Assembly (NCBI GenBank): GCA_963764715.1
Contig: CAVXTP010000001.1
Coordinates: 1 to 64,000 of the forward strand
Reading direction: 5' to 3'
DNA from: an uncultured Acidobacteriota bacterium
GTDB taxonomy: Bacteria; Acidobacteriota; Thermoanaerobaculia; UBA5066; Gp7-AA6
DNA length: 64,000 nt
The translations under genes were made by a program, and so were the position numbers. The notes under the pieces are model-generated. The model worked only from the letters and a program-made list of their open reading frames with translations, searched no databases and was not told the DNA's origin. Positions 42,050 to 52,406 of this stretch are shown here, in pieces. The first letter of the stretch is position 1, and the number at the start of each line of letters is the position of its first letter.

Positions 42050-44631
42050 TTCAAGCCCTCGACGAGATACAGGTCCGACAGCGTGCGCTGAAAGCTGTAG
42101 ACGTAACCTGTGCCGTCCGGAGTGATGATGATCGGCGCGATGTCGACGATCCCCGAACCGTCGGCCGGCATGACCTCGCGCACGAAGTCCTTCTTTCCGG
42201 TGCCGAGGTCCAGTCGAAACACGCGCCCGGGCAGATCGCGTCTTCGGAAGACGTAGAGGGATTTGCCGCCGGCTCCCCAGCCTGCAGGCGACTCGTCATC
42301 GGCGAGTCCCGGGACCGGAACGGGCTCGCCACCGGCCATGGGATAGAAGTAGCGCTTCCGGTCGGGCCCGACGACCAGGACCCGGGTGCCGTCCGGCGTG
42401 ACGCCTCGGGAGAACGACCGATACCCCTCCGGCGTCAGCGCCCGCGGTTTGCCGGCTTCGATCGGGATGACCCAGATCCGCGGGCCGTGCCCCGGCTCGT
42501 TCGCCGTGAAAACGATGCTCTTTCCGTCGGGGGTGAACGAGCTTCCGCCCTGGGTCTCGAGATCACCCGTCGCAAGGACCTTTTTCTCGCCGGCCCCCGT
42601 CGGGTAGAGGGTGATGGTGCGTTTCTCCCGACCGACCTGGACCGCGGCCCATTGCCCGTCGGGGGAAAGCGCCTGGCCGCCACCCTCGCCGAGACGGACC
42701 GGGGGCGCGCCATCGGTGCTCCGAACGAAGGTCGAGTACGCCGGACCCGAGCCTTCGCCGGTTTCCGAAAAGAGAATCGTTTTCCCGTCGTCGGAAAGGT
42801 CGAAGAGCGAGGACCAGTCGAGCCACGTGAGCTCCTTCTCCCTGGCCTGGCCTTCCCTCCCCCCGAGGATCCCGATGCGGATCGAGTCGTGCGCGACGAG
42901 GACGCGCCCGTCCCGCGAAACGTCCTGGAGCGTGAGGCTCTGCGTCACCCGGGCGAGCAGGCGTTCGCCGCCGCTCAGCAGAAAGGCGTGAATCGCGCGA
43001 TTGCCCCCCACCTTGGCTCCGGTGACCCAGATCTCCTTCCCGTTCGGCGACCACGCGAGGCCGTATTCCGACGAGAACGCCCCGGCGAGCGACGTCTTTT
43101 TCCCGGCCCGGTCGACGATCGCGACCGACCCTCCGTCGTCGCCGCGCTGCGGATGGTCGAGAAAGGCGACGATTTTGCCGTCGGGAGAAACGCGCGCATG
43201 GCTGATCCAGCCGGCCGTCTGGTAGAGGACCTTCCCCGCGGGAAACTCGAGCTGGTTGCGCAGGTTCACGTCCCGAACGAGCGCCAGATCTTTCCCGCCC
43301 GGCCCCCAGTCCGCCCATTGCACTTCTTTGTGGATCTCGCGGGGAGCGACTCCGCCGCTCACGCCCACCTCGGCGAGCGTGCCGCTCCGGGTGAAGGGCC
43401 CGTCGTTGTGGCGGTCGAGCGAGACCGCCATTTCGCCGGTCTCGGAGATCGCGAGAAGGTCCGCGCCGACGAGGCCGAACACGCGGGACTCGGGGCGGTC
43501 CGTGCGGGTCGAGAAGAGCTCGACCGGCCTTCCGTCCCACGCCGCCGCGTAGACCACGGTCTGGCCGTCGGGCGCGAACCTCGCGGAGTAGACCTCGCCC
43601 CGCCGGAACGTGAGCTGCTGGTAGTTCGGCGGCGGAACGTAACCCGCCTTCTTGCCGTACCGGTATCCGGCCGCGACGCCGGCCGCGAGGGCGAGCAGGG
43701 CGGCGAGAAGCGCCGGCCCGATCCAACGCGAGCGCTTCGCCACGACCGGGGTGAGGACGGCGCCCGTCTGCGAGGAGACGCTCGAAAGGGATTCCAGGTC
43801 GAACGCGACGTCCCGCGCCGACTCGAAACGCTCCTCCGGGTTCTTCTCGAGGCAGTGCCGCACGATCCGGTCGAGGCCGGGATGGATTTCCTTGTTGGTC
43901 TGCGAGAGGTCCGGCGGCTCCTTGGTCAGGATCGCCGTGATCGTGTCCGCCGCCGTGTCCCCGCGGAACGCGCGCTGACCCGACAGCATCTCGTAGAGGA
44001 TCGTTCCGAACGCGAAGATGTCCGACCGCCGGTCGGCCGTCTTGCCCCGCACCTGCTCCGGCGCCATGTAGCCCATCGTCCCCAGCACGACGCCCGGTGT
44101 CGTCCCGCCCGAGACGGTCTGCATGTCGGTCTGGCTGCCGTCGCCCTTCTCGGTCTTCAGCTTCGCGAGGCCGAAGTCGAGAATCTTCACCCGTCCGTCC
44201 TTCGTGAGGAAGACGTTCTCGGGCTTCAGGTCCCGGTGGATGATCCCCTTCTCGTGCGCCGCCGCGAGACCCTTCGCGAGCTGCACGGCATAGTCGACGG
44301 CCTTGCGGACCGGCAGCGAACCGGAGAGAAGGCGCGCCCGGAGCGTCTCGCCCTCGAGAAGCTCGGTCACGATGTACGGCGCATCGTCGTGCGTCCCGAA
44401 ATCGTAGACCGCCGTGATGTTCGGGTGGTTCAGAAGGCCCGCGGCGCGCGCCTCCTGCTCGAAGCGCTTGAGGCGGTCCGGGTCCTGCGAAAACGACGCC
44501 GGGAGCACCTTGATCGCGACGTCGCGCGAAAGGCGCGGGTCCTTCGCCCGGTAGACCTCGCCCATCCCTCCCGCGCCGAGCGGCGAGAGGATCTCGTAGG
44601 GACCGAGCTTGTTTCCGGCGGAGAGCGTCAT
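42046..44631 (-). CDS. Ser/Thr kinase K3: kinase - TM - beta-propeller
   Basis: Same architecture; kinase domain nearly identical to K2. Confidence 0.93.
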   Translation of the reverse strand: MTLSAGNKLGPYEILSPLGAGGMGEVYRAKDPRLSRDVAIKVLPASFSQDPDRLKRFEQEARAAGLLNHPNITAVYDFGTHDDAPYIVTELLEGETLRARLLSGSLPVRKAVDYAVQLAKGLAAAHEKGIIHRDLKPENVFLTKDGRVKILDFGLAKLKTEKGDGSQTDMQTVSGGTTPGVVLGTMGYMAPEQVRGKTADRRSDIFAFGTILYEMLSGQRAFRGDTAADTITAILTKEPPDLSQTNKEIHPGLDRIVRHCLEKNPEERFESARDVAFDLESLSSVSSQTGAVLTPVVAKRSRWIGPALLAALLALAAGVAAGYRYGKKAGYVPPPNYQQLTFRRGEVYSARFAPDGQTVVYAAAWDGRPVELFSTRTDRPESRVFGLVGADLLAISETGEMAVSLDRHNDGPFTRSGTLAEVGVSGGVAPREIHKEVQWADWGPGGKDLALVRDVNLRNQLEFPAGKVLYQTAGWISHARVSPDGKIVAFLDHPQRGDDGGSVAIVDRAGKKTSLAGAFSSEYGLAWSPNGKEIWVTGAKVGGNRAIHAFLLSGGERLLARVTQSLTLQDVSRDGRVLVAHDSIRIGILGGREGQAREKELTWLDWSSLFDLSDDGKTILFSETGEGSGPAYSTFVRSTDGAPPVRLGEGGGQALSPDGQWAAVQVGREKRTITLYPTGAGEKKVLATGDLETQGGSSFTPDGKSIVFTANEPGHGPRIWVIPIEAGKPRALTPEGYRSFSRGVTPDGTRVLVVGPDRKRYFYPMAGGEPVPVPGLADDESPAGWGAGGKSLYVFRRRDLPGRVFRLDLGTGKKDFVREVMPADGSGIVDIAPIIITPDGTGYVYSFQRTLSDLYLVEGLK

Positions 44632-44657
44632 TAAGGCGGCAGGATTCTAACCGCGAA

Positions 44658-47228
44658 TCACTTGACGCCGTCGACGAGGTAGAGGTCCGACAGCAGCCGG
44701 AAGTAGCCGTAGACGTAGGACTGGCCGTCGCTCGCCGGCCCAGGATTGATGTTCGAGACGCCTGCGGCGTCGGCCGGCATCAGCGTTCGCCAGAGCTCCT
44801 TCTTCCCCGTGGCGAGCTCCAGGCGGTAGGCCTTCGCCGGCACTTCGCTGCGTCGGTGAACATAGAGAAAGCGGCCGTCGGCGCTGCGCTGGTCGACCGA
44901 GTCGTCGTCGTCGAGCCCCGTTATGGGAGAAGGTTCTCCGCCAGCGAGCGGATAGAGGTAACGCCGTCGATCCGGGCCGCCGACGACGGTCCACTTTCCG
45001 TCGGGAGCGGTGACTCCGGCCAGCGAGTAGCCCTCCGGAGTCAGGGCCTTGGGCTTGCCGCCCGCCACGTCGAGCCGGAAGACCCGCGAGCCGCGGCCCG
45101 GTTCGGCCGCCTCGATGAGAACGCTCTTTCCGTCGGGGACCCACGCGGCTCCGAAAACCCTGAGGCCGTCGGTCTTGAAGACCTTCATCTCTCCCGCCCG
45201 GGTCGGATACGCAACGAGGCGGGGATCGGAGGACGTGCGCTGGATCGCCAGTGCCCACTCTCCGTCCAGCGACAGGTCCCGGGCTCCGCCCTCGCCCAGC
45301 CTCACGGCCGGAGAGCCGTCCGTCTTCCGTATGTAGACGGAGTACCCGGCGCCTCCTCCCTCCCCTGTCTCGGAGAAGAGGATCGTCCGGCCGTCGGCGG
45401 CGATGGCGGCGCCGAGCGTCCAGTCGAGCCAGGTCATGTCGCGCTCCTTCGTCTCGCCCGGAGCCAGGCCGACCATCTCGGAACGAAGCGTGTCGCGCGT
45501 GACCAGCATGCGGCCTTCCCGCGAGATGTCCTGCAGCGTGAGGCATCCCGGCACCCCGGCGCGAAGCGCCGCCTTCCCCGAAAGGGTGGTCACGTAAAGA
45601 GCGCGGTTGCCCCCGACCTCCGTCGCCGTGAACCAGATCCGCCCGTCGGCGCTCCATGCGAGACCCTGCGCCGACGCAAACGACTGCGAGGCTGTCCGCT
45701 TCTTCCCGGAGCGGTCGACCACCGCGATCGACCCGCCGTCGTCCCCGGGCGTGGGATGGTCGTCGAAGGCCACGAGCTCTCCGTCGGGCGAAACGCGCAG
45801 GTGACTGACCCATCCGCTCGTCTCGTAGACGGTCTTGCCGACCGGGTACTCGATTCGGCTCTTTCCAGCTCCTCGGAGAGAGACGGCAAGGGCCTTGCCG
45901 TCGGGCGCCCAGTCCGCCCATTCCACCCCTTCGAGGATCTCGCGTGGCGCCGCGCCCCCCGCGACGGAGATCTGCGCGAGCGTTCCCTGGCGCCGGAACC
46001 CACTCACGGATCTCCGGTTGAGCGAAACGGCCATGTCCCCCGTTCGCGAGATCGCGAGGAGCTCCGCGCCGACGAGGCCGAACGGCCGCGATTCCGGGCT
46101 CTCGGGACGCCCCACGAAGATCTCCATGGGGCCGCCGTCCCAGGCGGAGGAGTACACGACCGTCTGGCCGTCGGGTGCGAAGCGCGCGGCGTAGATCGTG
46201 CCGCGGCGGAAGGTGAGCTGACGAAACGACGGCGTGTCGAACTTCACCGTGCCGCGGCCGAGGAAGAACGTCGCCGCCATACCCGCGACTGCGAGCGCGC
46301 CGACGAGGAGAAGCGCCCGGCGCGGCCGCGACATCACGACCCCCTTCGCCGCCGCGGCGACCGCCGCCGGGGTCGACCCGGACAGCGCCTGGAGGTCGAA
46401 CGCCAGATCGTGCGCCGAGTGGAAACGTTCCTCGGGGTTCTTCTCGAGGCAGTGGCGCACCACGCGCTCGAGGCCCGGCGCCACGTTCTTGTTCGTCGCG
46501 GAAAGGTCCGGCGGCTCCTCGCGCAGGATCGCCGACATCGTCTCGGCCGCGGTGTCGCGGTGGAAGGCGCGCGATCCCGAGAGCATCTCGTAGAGCACTG
46601 CCCCGAACGCGAAGATGTCCGAGCGAGCGTCCGCCGGCTTTCCCTTGACCTGCTCGGGCGCCATGTAGCCGAGCGTCCCGAGGACGACGCCGGGCTCCGT
46701 CCCGTCCGCCGTCGGAAGGTTGGTCTGGGGATTCGTTTGATTTTCGGGCTGGGTCAGCTTCGCCAGGCCGAAGTCGAGGATCTTGACCCGCCCGTCCTTC
46801 GTCAGGAACAGGTTCTCGGGCTTCAGGTCGCGGTGGACGATGCCCTTCTCGTGCGCCGCCGCGAGACCGCGCGCGATCTGCGTCGCGTAGTCGGTGGCCT
46901 TGCGGACCGGCAGCGCTCCGCCCGAGAGGCGCGCGCGCAGCGTCTCCCCTTCGAGGAGCTCCGTGACGATGTACGGCGCGCCGTCGTGGGTGCCGAGGTC
47001 GTGGACGGCGGTGATGTTCGGGTGGTTGAGCCCGCCGGCCGTCTGGGCCTCCTGCTCGAAGCGCCGCAGCCGTTCCGGGTCGCCCGAGTACGACGCCGGC
47101 AGGACCTTGACGGCGACCTCGCGCTTCAAGCGCTCGTCGCGCGCCCGGTAGACCTCCCCCATCCCTCCGGCGCCGATCGGCGCGAGGACCTCGTAGGGCC
47201 CGAGCTTCGTTCCGGCGGCGAGGCTCAT
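44658..47228 (-). CDS. Ser/Thr kinase K4: kinase - TM - beta-propeller
   Basis: True start MSLAAGTKLGPYEV at 47228 (ATGA overlap with K5); intact catalytic motifs. Confidence 0.92.
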   Translation of the reverse strand: MSLAAGTKLGPYEVLAPIGAGGMGEVYRARDERLKREVAVKVLPASYSGDPERLRRFEQEAQTAGGLNHPNITAVHDLGTHDGAPYIVTELLEGETLRARLSGGALPVRKATDYATQIARGLAAAHEKGIVHRDLKPENLFLTKDGRVKILDFGLAKLTQPENQTNPQTNLPTADGTEPGVVLGTLGYMAPEQVKGKPADARSDIFAFGAVLYEMLSGSRAFHRDTAAETMSAILREEPPDLSATNKNVAPGLERVVRHCLEKNPEERFHSAHDLAFDLQALSGSTPAAVAAAAKGVVMSRPRRALLLVGALAVAGMAATFFLGRGTVKFDTPSFRQLTFRRGTIYAARFAPDGQTVVYSSAWDGGPMEIFVGRPESPESRPFGLVGAELLAISRTGDMAVSLNRRSVSGFRRQGTLAQISVAGGAAPREILEGVEWADWAPDGKALAVSLRGAGKSRIEYPVGKTVYETSGWVSHLRVSPDGELVAFDDHPTPGDDGGSIAVVDRSGKKRTASQSFASAQGLAWSADGRIWFTATEVGGNRALYVTTLSGKAALRAGVPGCLTLQDISREGRMLVTRDTLRSEMVGLAPGETKERDMTWLDWTLGAAIAADGRTILFSETGEGGGAGYSVYIRKTDGSPAVRLGEGGARDLSLDGEWALAIQRTSSDPRLVAYPTRAGEMKVFKTDGLRVFGAAWVPDGKSVLIEAAEPGRGSRVFRLDVAGGKPKALTPEGYSLAGVTAPDGKWTVVGGPDRRRYLYPLAGGEPSPITGLDDDDSVDQRSADGRFLYVHRRSEVPAKAYRLELATGKKELWRTLMPADAAGVSNINPGPASDGQSYVYGYFRLLSDLYLVDGVK

Positions 47229-49795
47229 TTCAATCCCTCGACGAGGTAGAGATTCGACAGGTTGCGGAAGTAGCTGTAGGCGTAGGCACCGTTCGGCGCA
47301 TTTCGGAACGCGACCAGACCGTTCACGCCGGTCGCGTCGGCCGGAAAGAACTCGCGCCAGAGCTCCTCGCGTCCGGTCTCCGGGTCGAGCGCGTAGATCC
47401 GCATCGGAATCTCGGTCGAGGTCCCCTTGCGCACGAGAAGGCGGCCGTCGGGCGCCCAACCGGCCAGCGATGATGATGCCTCGAATCCGGGAACCGCCTT
47501 CGGTTCTCCGCCGTCGACCGACACGATGAACGCTTCGCCCTTCGGTCCCCTGGCCGCGAAACGCTTTCCGTCCGGGGACACCGTGGCCCCGCTGACGCCC
47601 TCCGCGGTCAGCGGCCGCGGAGCGCCACCCTCGACGTCGAAGACGTACGTCCGCGCGGCGCGTCCCTTCTCGACGGCGACGCCTAGAAAGTGCCGTCCGT
47701 CGGGCAGCCACCGGGCAGCCCGAACCGCGAGGCCCCCGTTCGGCACCTTCTTCGCTTCGCCGGCGCCCGTCGGGTACACGACGAGCTCGGGCGCGTCGGG
47801 CGGGCCCACGAACGCCAGCACGCTCTTCCCGTCGGCGGAAATGGACTGCGCGTTGCCTTCTCCCAGCCGCACCGCCGGCGAACCGTCGATCGCGCGCACG
47901 TAGACCGAATAGCCCTTTCCACCGCCCTCGCCCGCTTCGCTGAACAGGACGGTCCGACCGTCCTGGGAGATGTCCGACATCAGGCTCCAGTCGAGCCAGC
48001 TCAGGTCGACTTCCTTCGCGTCGCCGGCGCCGCGGGCGAGAACCCCGATCTGCGCGGTGTCGTGCGAGATGAGGACCCGGCCGTCCCGCGAGACGTCCTC
48101 GAGCGTCAGCGACCCCGCGACGCGGGCGAGCGTCCGAATCCGGCCCGACAGCGTGGCGGAGCGGAGAACGCGGTTGCTGCCGACCTCCGCCGCCGTGAAC
48201 CAGACTTCCGAGCCCCCGGGCGACCAGGCGAGCCCGCTCGACGACGCGTAGACGGGCGAGATCGTGGTCTTCTTCCCGGCGCGGTCGACCACGGCCACGG
48301 ATCCTCCGTCGTCGTTGACCGCCGGATGATCCAGGAACGCGATCCGGGCGCCGTCGGGCGAGATACGGGGATTGCCGATCCATCCCGCGGTCTCGAACAG
48401 GACCTTTCCGGTCGGGAACTCGAGCCGGCACTTGCGGTTCAGGACCCGCACGATCGCGAGGTCCTTGCCGTCGGGAGACCAGTCGGCGTAGTCCACGTTC
48501 TCGAGGAGCTCGCGCGGCGCGCCGCCGGTCGCGCTCACGCGCGCGAGAGTGCCGGCGCGCGTGAAGGCGGTGTCGAAGTCGGCCTTGAGGATGACGGCGA
48601 CTTCGCCCGAAGCCGACACGGCCGCGACGTCGGCGCCGGGAAGGCCGAACGGCCGCGACTCCGGGCTGTCGGGACGGCTGACGTAGATCTCGGCGGGCTT
48701 GCCGTCCCAGGCCGCCGTCGTCAGGATCGTCTTCCCGTCGGACCCGAAGCGGGCGCCCCAGATGGCGCCCTTGCGGAACGTGAGCTGGTGGAACGTCGGG
48801 GGCTCGGTCGCTCCCTTCCCGTGGCCGAGGAAATAGCCGACCGCCACGGCGGCCGCGAGGGCCGCGGCGCCGAGCGCGTACGGAACGACGCGCATCCGCG
48901 CGGACCGCTCCGGGACGGCCGGAACCGCGGTGGAGCCGGTCGTGCCCGACAGGGCCTCGAGGTCGAACGCCAGGTCGTGCGCCGAGTGGAAGCGCTCCTC
49001 GGGATTCTTTTCGAGGCAGTGCCGCACGACGCGGTCGAGGCCGGGCGCGACGTTCTTGTTGGTCGCCGAGAGGTCCGGCGGATCCTCCCGCAGGATCGCG
49101 GACATCGTCTCGGCCGCGGAGTCGCGATGGAAGGCGCGCGAGCCCGAGATCATCTCGTAGAGGACCGCTCCGAACGAGAAGATGTCCGAGCGCGCGTCCG
49201 CCTTCTTTCCCTTGACCTGCTCGGGCGCCATGTAGCCGAGCGTGCCCAGAACGACGCCGGGTTCGGTGCCGTCGGCGGTCGGCAGGTTCGTCTGCGGGCC
49301 CGCAGCGCCATCGGCCTGCGTGAGCTTGGCGAGCCCGAAGTCGAGGATCTTCACCCGCCCGTCGTTGGTGACGAAGAGGTTCTCAGGCTTCAGGTCCCGG
49401 TGAACGATCCCCTTCTCGTGCGCGGCCGCCAGCCCTCGGGCGACCTGGATCGCGTAATCGGTCGCCTTGCGGACCGGCAGCGCGCCGCCCGAGAGGCGCG
49501 CCCGCAGCGTCTCGCCCTCCAGAAGCTCGGTGACGATGTACGGCGACCCCTCGAACGCGCCGAGCTCGTAGACCGAGGTGATGTTGGGGTGGTTGAGCCC
49601 GCCCGCGGACTGGGCCTCCTGCTCGAACCGGCGCAGCCGCTCCGGGTCCTGCGCGAAGGACGCTGGCAGCACCTTGACCGCGACGTCGCGTTTCAACCGC
49701 TCGTCGCGCGCCCGGTAGACCTCTCCCATCCCGCCGGCGCCGAGCAGGCCGAGGACCTCGTAGGGACCGACCTTCGTACCCGCGGCAAGGCTCAC
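47225..49795 (-). CDS. Ser/Thr kinase K5: kinase - TM - beta-propeller
   Basis: Same architecture; kinase domain nearly identical to K4. Confidence 0.93.
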   Translation of the reverse strand: MSLAAGTKVGPYEVLGLLGAGGMGEVYRARDERLKRDVAVKVLPASFAQDPERLRRFEQEAQSAGGLNHPNITSVYELGAFEGSPYIVTELLEGETLRARLSGGALPVRKATDYAIQVARGLAAAHEKGIVHRDLKPENLFVTNDGRVKILDFGLAKLTQADGAAGPQTNLPTADGTEPGVVLGTLGYMAPEQVKGKKADARSDIFSFGAVLYEMISGSRAFHRDSAAETMSAILREDPPDLSATNKNVAPGLDRVVRHCLEKNPEERFHSAHDLAFDLEALSGTTGSTAVPAVPERSARMRVVPYALGAAALAAAVAVGYFLGHGKGATEPPTFHQLTFRKGAIWGARFGSDGKTILTTAAWDGKPAEIYVSRPDSPESRPFGLPGADVAAVSASGEVAVILKADFDTAFTRAGTLARVSATGGAPRELLENVDYADWSPDGKDLAIVRVLNRKCRLEFPTGKVLFETAGWIGNPRISPDGARIAFLDHPAVNDDGGSVAVVDRAGKKTTISPVYASSSGLAWSPGGSEVWFTAAEVGSNRVLRSATLSGRIRTLARVAGSLTLEDVSRDGRVLISHDTAQIGVLARGAGDAKEVDLSWLDWSLMSDISQDGRTVLFSEAGEGGGKGYSVYVRAIDGSPAVRLGEGNAQSISADGKSVLAFVGPPDAPELVVYPTGAGEAKKVPNGGLAVRAARWLPDGRHFLGVAVEKGRAARTYVFDVEGGAPRPLTAEGVSGATVSPDGKRFAARGPKGEAFIVSVDGGEPKAVPGFEASSSLAGWAPDGRLLVRKGTSTEIPMRIYALDPETGREELWREFFPADATGVNGLVAFRNAPNGAYAYSYFRNLSNLYLVEGLK

Positions 49796-52374
49796 TTCAG
49801 GTCCCTCACGCGGTACAGGGTCGAAAGAATGCGATTGAACCCCGCCGTCATGATCCGCCCGTCGGGGATGACGCGGGCCGGGCCGAACGCCGTCACGCCG
49901 GCGCTGTCGGGACCGACGAGGTCCCGGACGTGCGTTCGGTGGCCGGAGACGATGTCGATCAAGTCGACGCGGCAGGGAATGCCCACAACCGAGACGTAGA
50001 GGCCCTTTCCGTCCGCCGACCAGCCCGCGGGATAGTCGCCAACCTGCGAGGCGGGCAGATCCACGGGCGGTCCGCCGCCGACCGGATAGAGATGGACCTT
50101 CTGGTCGGGGCCGGTCGCCGTGACGAAGCGACCGTCGGGGGACACAAACAGGCGGCTCGGGTTCAGACCTTCCGCGCTGATCGGGGTCGGCTTCCCTCCC
50201 GCAACGGGCTGGGCATACAGCCGCGCTCCATGGCCCGGCGCCGCGGCTTCGAAGAAGAATTTCGACCCGTCCGGAAGGAACGCGCCGTACGTGGGCCTCC
50301 CGAGCCCGTCCGGCGGGAACTCGCGGGGCTGCCCCGCCTTGACCGGAACGAGCACGAAGTGGGACGGCTCGGTGTAGGTCCGCGTCAGGGCCCAGGCGGC
50401 GTCCGGCGAGAGCGCCAGCCCCACCCCGTCGCCGAGTCGCACGGCGGGGGATCCATCCGTTTGCCGCAGGTACACCGACCCGTTGGCGCCTCCGCCCTCG
50501 CCCGATTCGTCGAACAGAAGGAGCTTCCCGTCGCTGGACAAAGCGCGATCGCCCGACCAGTCGAACCAGCCCAGATCGCGGCCCGCCGACTGATCCGGCA
50601 GGAATGCCAGGACTCCGGAGCGATAGTCGTCCTCCGTGACGAGAGCGTTCGTGCCGGCCAGATCGAGCAGGGCCGGTGTTCCTTGCATCGTCCGAAGCAG
50701 GCGCAGCTTGCCCGAAAGCGTAACCGCCCAGATCTCACGCTCGATGCCCTGGCTTGCGGCCGTAAACCAGATCTCGCGTCCTCCCGGCGCCCAGACGAGG
50801 CCCTGGACGGTGGACCATCCCCCGGCGAGGTCGAGCTTCTTCCCCGAACGGTCCACGACGGCGATCGTGCCGTCGTCCCCGAATCCCGGGTGATCGATGA
50901 AGCCGATCTGCGATCCGTCCGGCGAGAAGCGCGGGCCCTGGATCCAGCCGGCCGTTTCGTAGAGCACCTTGCCGATCGGGAATTCGAGGCGCTCCTTTCC
51001 CGACGTTCGCTGGACCACCGCGAGATCCGTCCCTCCCGGCGCCCAATCGGCATACGTCACGTCCTGCAGGATCTCCTTCGGCGCGCCCCCCGAGAGCGGC
51101 GCCCTCGCGAGCGTTCCGGTGTAGGCGAAGCCGGCCGGAGACGGTTTCGAGTCGAGTTGAATCGCAACCTCGCCGCCGGAGGAGATTCCGAGCAGGTTCG
51201 CCGCCGGGAGATTCAGCGCGGAGGATTCCGGATTTCCCGGCCTCAGGGAATAGATGCGAGGAGCGGCGCCTTCCCAGGCGGCACCGTAATAGACGGTCTG
51301 GCCGTCGGGCCCGAACCGGGCCGCGAGGATCGTCCCTCGCTGAAACGTCAGGCGCTGGAAGGTGGGCTGAGCTGCCGGAGCCGCCCGACGGCCGACGAAC
51401 AGGCCGACCGCCGCGCCGAGAAGGATTCCGGCCGCGACGAGCGGGATCGCCCACGACCTCCGGCGCACCGGCTCGGCGACGGCCATCCCTCCGGAGGCCG
51501 ACGTCGTGACCTCCGAAATGTGCTCGCGCACGCTCTTCAAGTCCCTCGCGAGGTCGCGCGTCGACGCATAGCGCTCGTCGGCGTCCTTGGCGAGGCAGCG
51601 TTCCACGATCCATCGGAACGGGGCGGGCGCGCGCGGGTTGACCTGCGCGACCGGCTCCGGTTCGTCCCGGATGATCGCCGTCAGCGTCTCCGCGCCCGTG
51701 TTCTTCTGAAACGCGCGCTTCGAGGTCGCCATCTCGTACAGGATCGAGCCCAGCGCAAACTGGTCGGACCGGAAGTCGACCGGGCGGCCGCTCGCCTGCT
51801 CCGGGGACATGTACCCCACCGTTCCCATCACCGTGCCGGGCTGTGTCTCCTGGGGGATCGCGGTCGGGGCCCCGGACTCCTTGTCGCTCGGCGCGACGAA
51901 GAGCTTCGCGAGACCGAAGTCGAGGATCTTGACGAAGCCGTCCTTCGTGACCATCACGTTTTCGGGTTTCAGGTCGCGGTGGACGATCCCTGCGCCGTGC
52001 GCCTTGGCGAGGCCTTCCGCGATCTGGACGGCGACGTCGAGCAGCTTCTTGCCCGCGAGGGGCCCGGAGGCGAGCAGCTCGCGCAGGCTCGCGCCTTCGA
52101 CCAGCTCCATCGCGAGGTAGGGGGACCCGTCCGAGGATCCGATCTCGTGGATCGTGATGATGTTGGGATGGTTGAGGGCGGACGCAGCTCGCGCCTCCTG
52201 CTCGAAGCGCTTGAGGCGGTCCGGGTCCTGCGAGAACGAGGCCGGCAGGACCTTGATGGCCAGCTCGCGCGAGAGGCGGGGATCCTTCGCGCGATAAACC
52301 TCCCCCATGCCTCCCGCCCCGAGAGGCGCAAGGATCTCGTAGGGTCCGAGCTTTGTTCCGGCGGAGAGGGTCAA
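49792..52374 (-). CDS. Ser/Thr kinase K6: kinase - TM - beta-propeller
   Basis: TTG start; intact motifs; first ~64 aa resemble K3, the rest of the kinase domain resembles K1. Confidence 0.93.
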   Translation of the reverse strand: MTLSAGTKLGPYEILAPLGAGGMGEVYRAKDPRLSRELAIKVLPASFSQDPDRLKRFEQEARAASALNHPNIITIHEIGSSDGSPYLAMELVEGASLRELLASGPLAGKKLLDVAVQIAEGLAKAHGAGIVHRDLKPENVMVTKDGFVKILDFGLAKLFVAPSDKESGAPTAIPQETQPGTVMGTVGYMSPEQASGRPVDFRSDQFALGSILYEMATSKRAFQKNTGAETLTAIIRDEPEPVAQVNPRAPAPFRWIVERCLAKDADERYASTRDLARDLKSVREHISEVTTSASGGMAVAEPVRRRSWAIPLVAAGILLGAAVGLFVGRRAAPAAQPTFQRLTFQRGTILAARFGPDGQTVYYGAAWEGAAPRIYSLRPGNPESSALNLPAANLLGISSGGEVAIQLDSKPSPAGFAYTGTLARAPLSGGAPKEILQDVTYADWAPGGTDLAVVQRTSGKERLEFPIGKVLYETAGWIQGPRFSPDGSQIGFIDHPGFGDDGTIAVVDRSGKKLDLAGGWSTVQGLVWAPGGREIWFTAASQGIEREIWAVTLSGKLRLLRTMQGTPALLDLAGTNALVTEDDYRSGVLAFLPDQSAGRDLGWFDWSGDRALSSDGKLLLFDESGEGGGANGSVYLRQTDGSPAVRLGDGVGLALSPDAAWALTRTYTEPSHFVLVPVKAGQPREFPPDGLGRPTYGAFLPDGSKFFFEAAAPGHGARLYAQPVAGGKPTPISAEGLNPSRLFVSPDGRFVTATGPDQKVHLYPVGGGPPVDLPASQVGDYPAGWSADGKGLYVSVVGIPCRVDLIDIVSGHRTHVRDLVGPDSAGVTAFGPARVIPDGRIMTAGFNRILSTLYRVRDLK

Positions 52375-52406
52375 GTCGGGGCGATTCTACGACGGCCGCG
52401 CTTCGT

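Noticed and set aside
47229-48431. N-terminal extension making K4 1257 aa
   Set aside because: It overlaps K5 in another frame and is Arg/Pro-rich shadow sequence; paralog alignment places the start at 47228.
36836-52374. Diversity-generating retroelement acting on the ectodomains
   Set aside because: No reverse transcriptase and no template/variable repeat pair with adenine-specific differences was seen.
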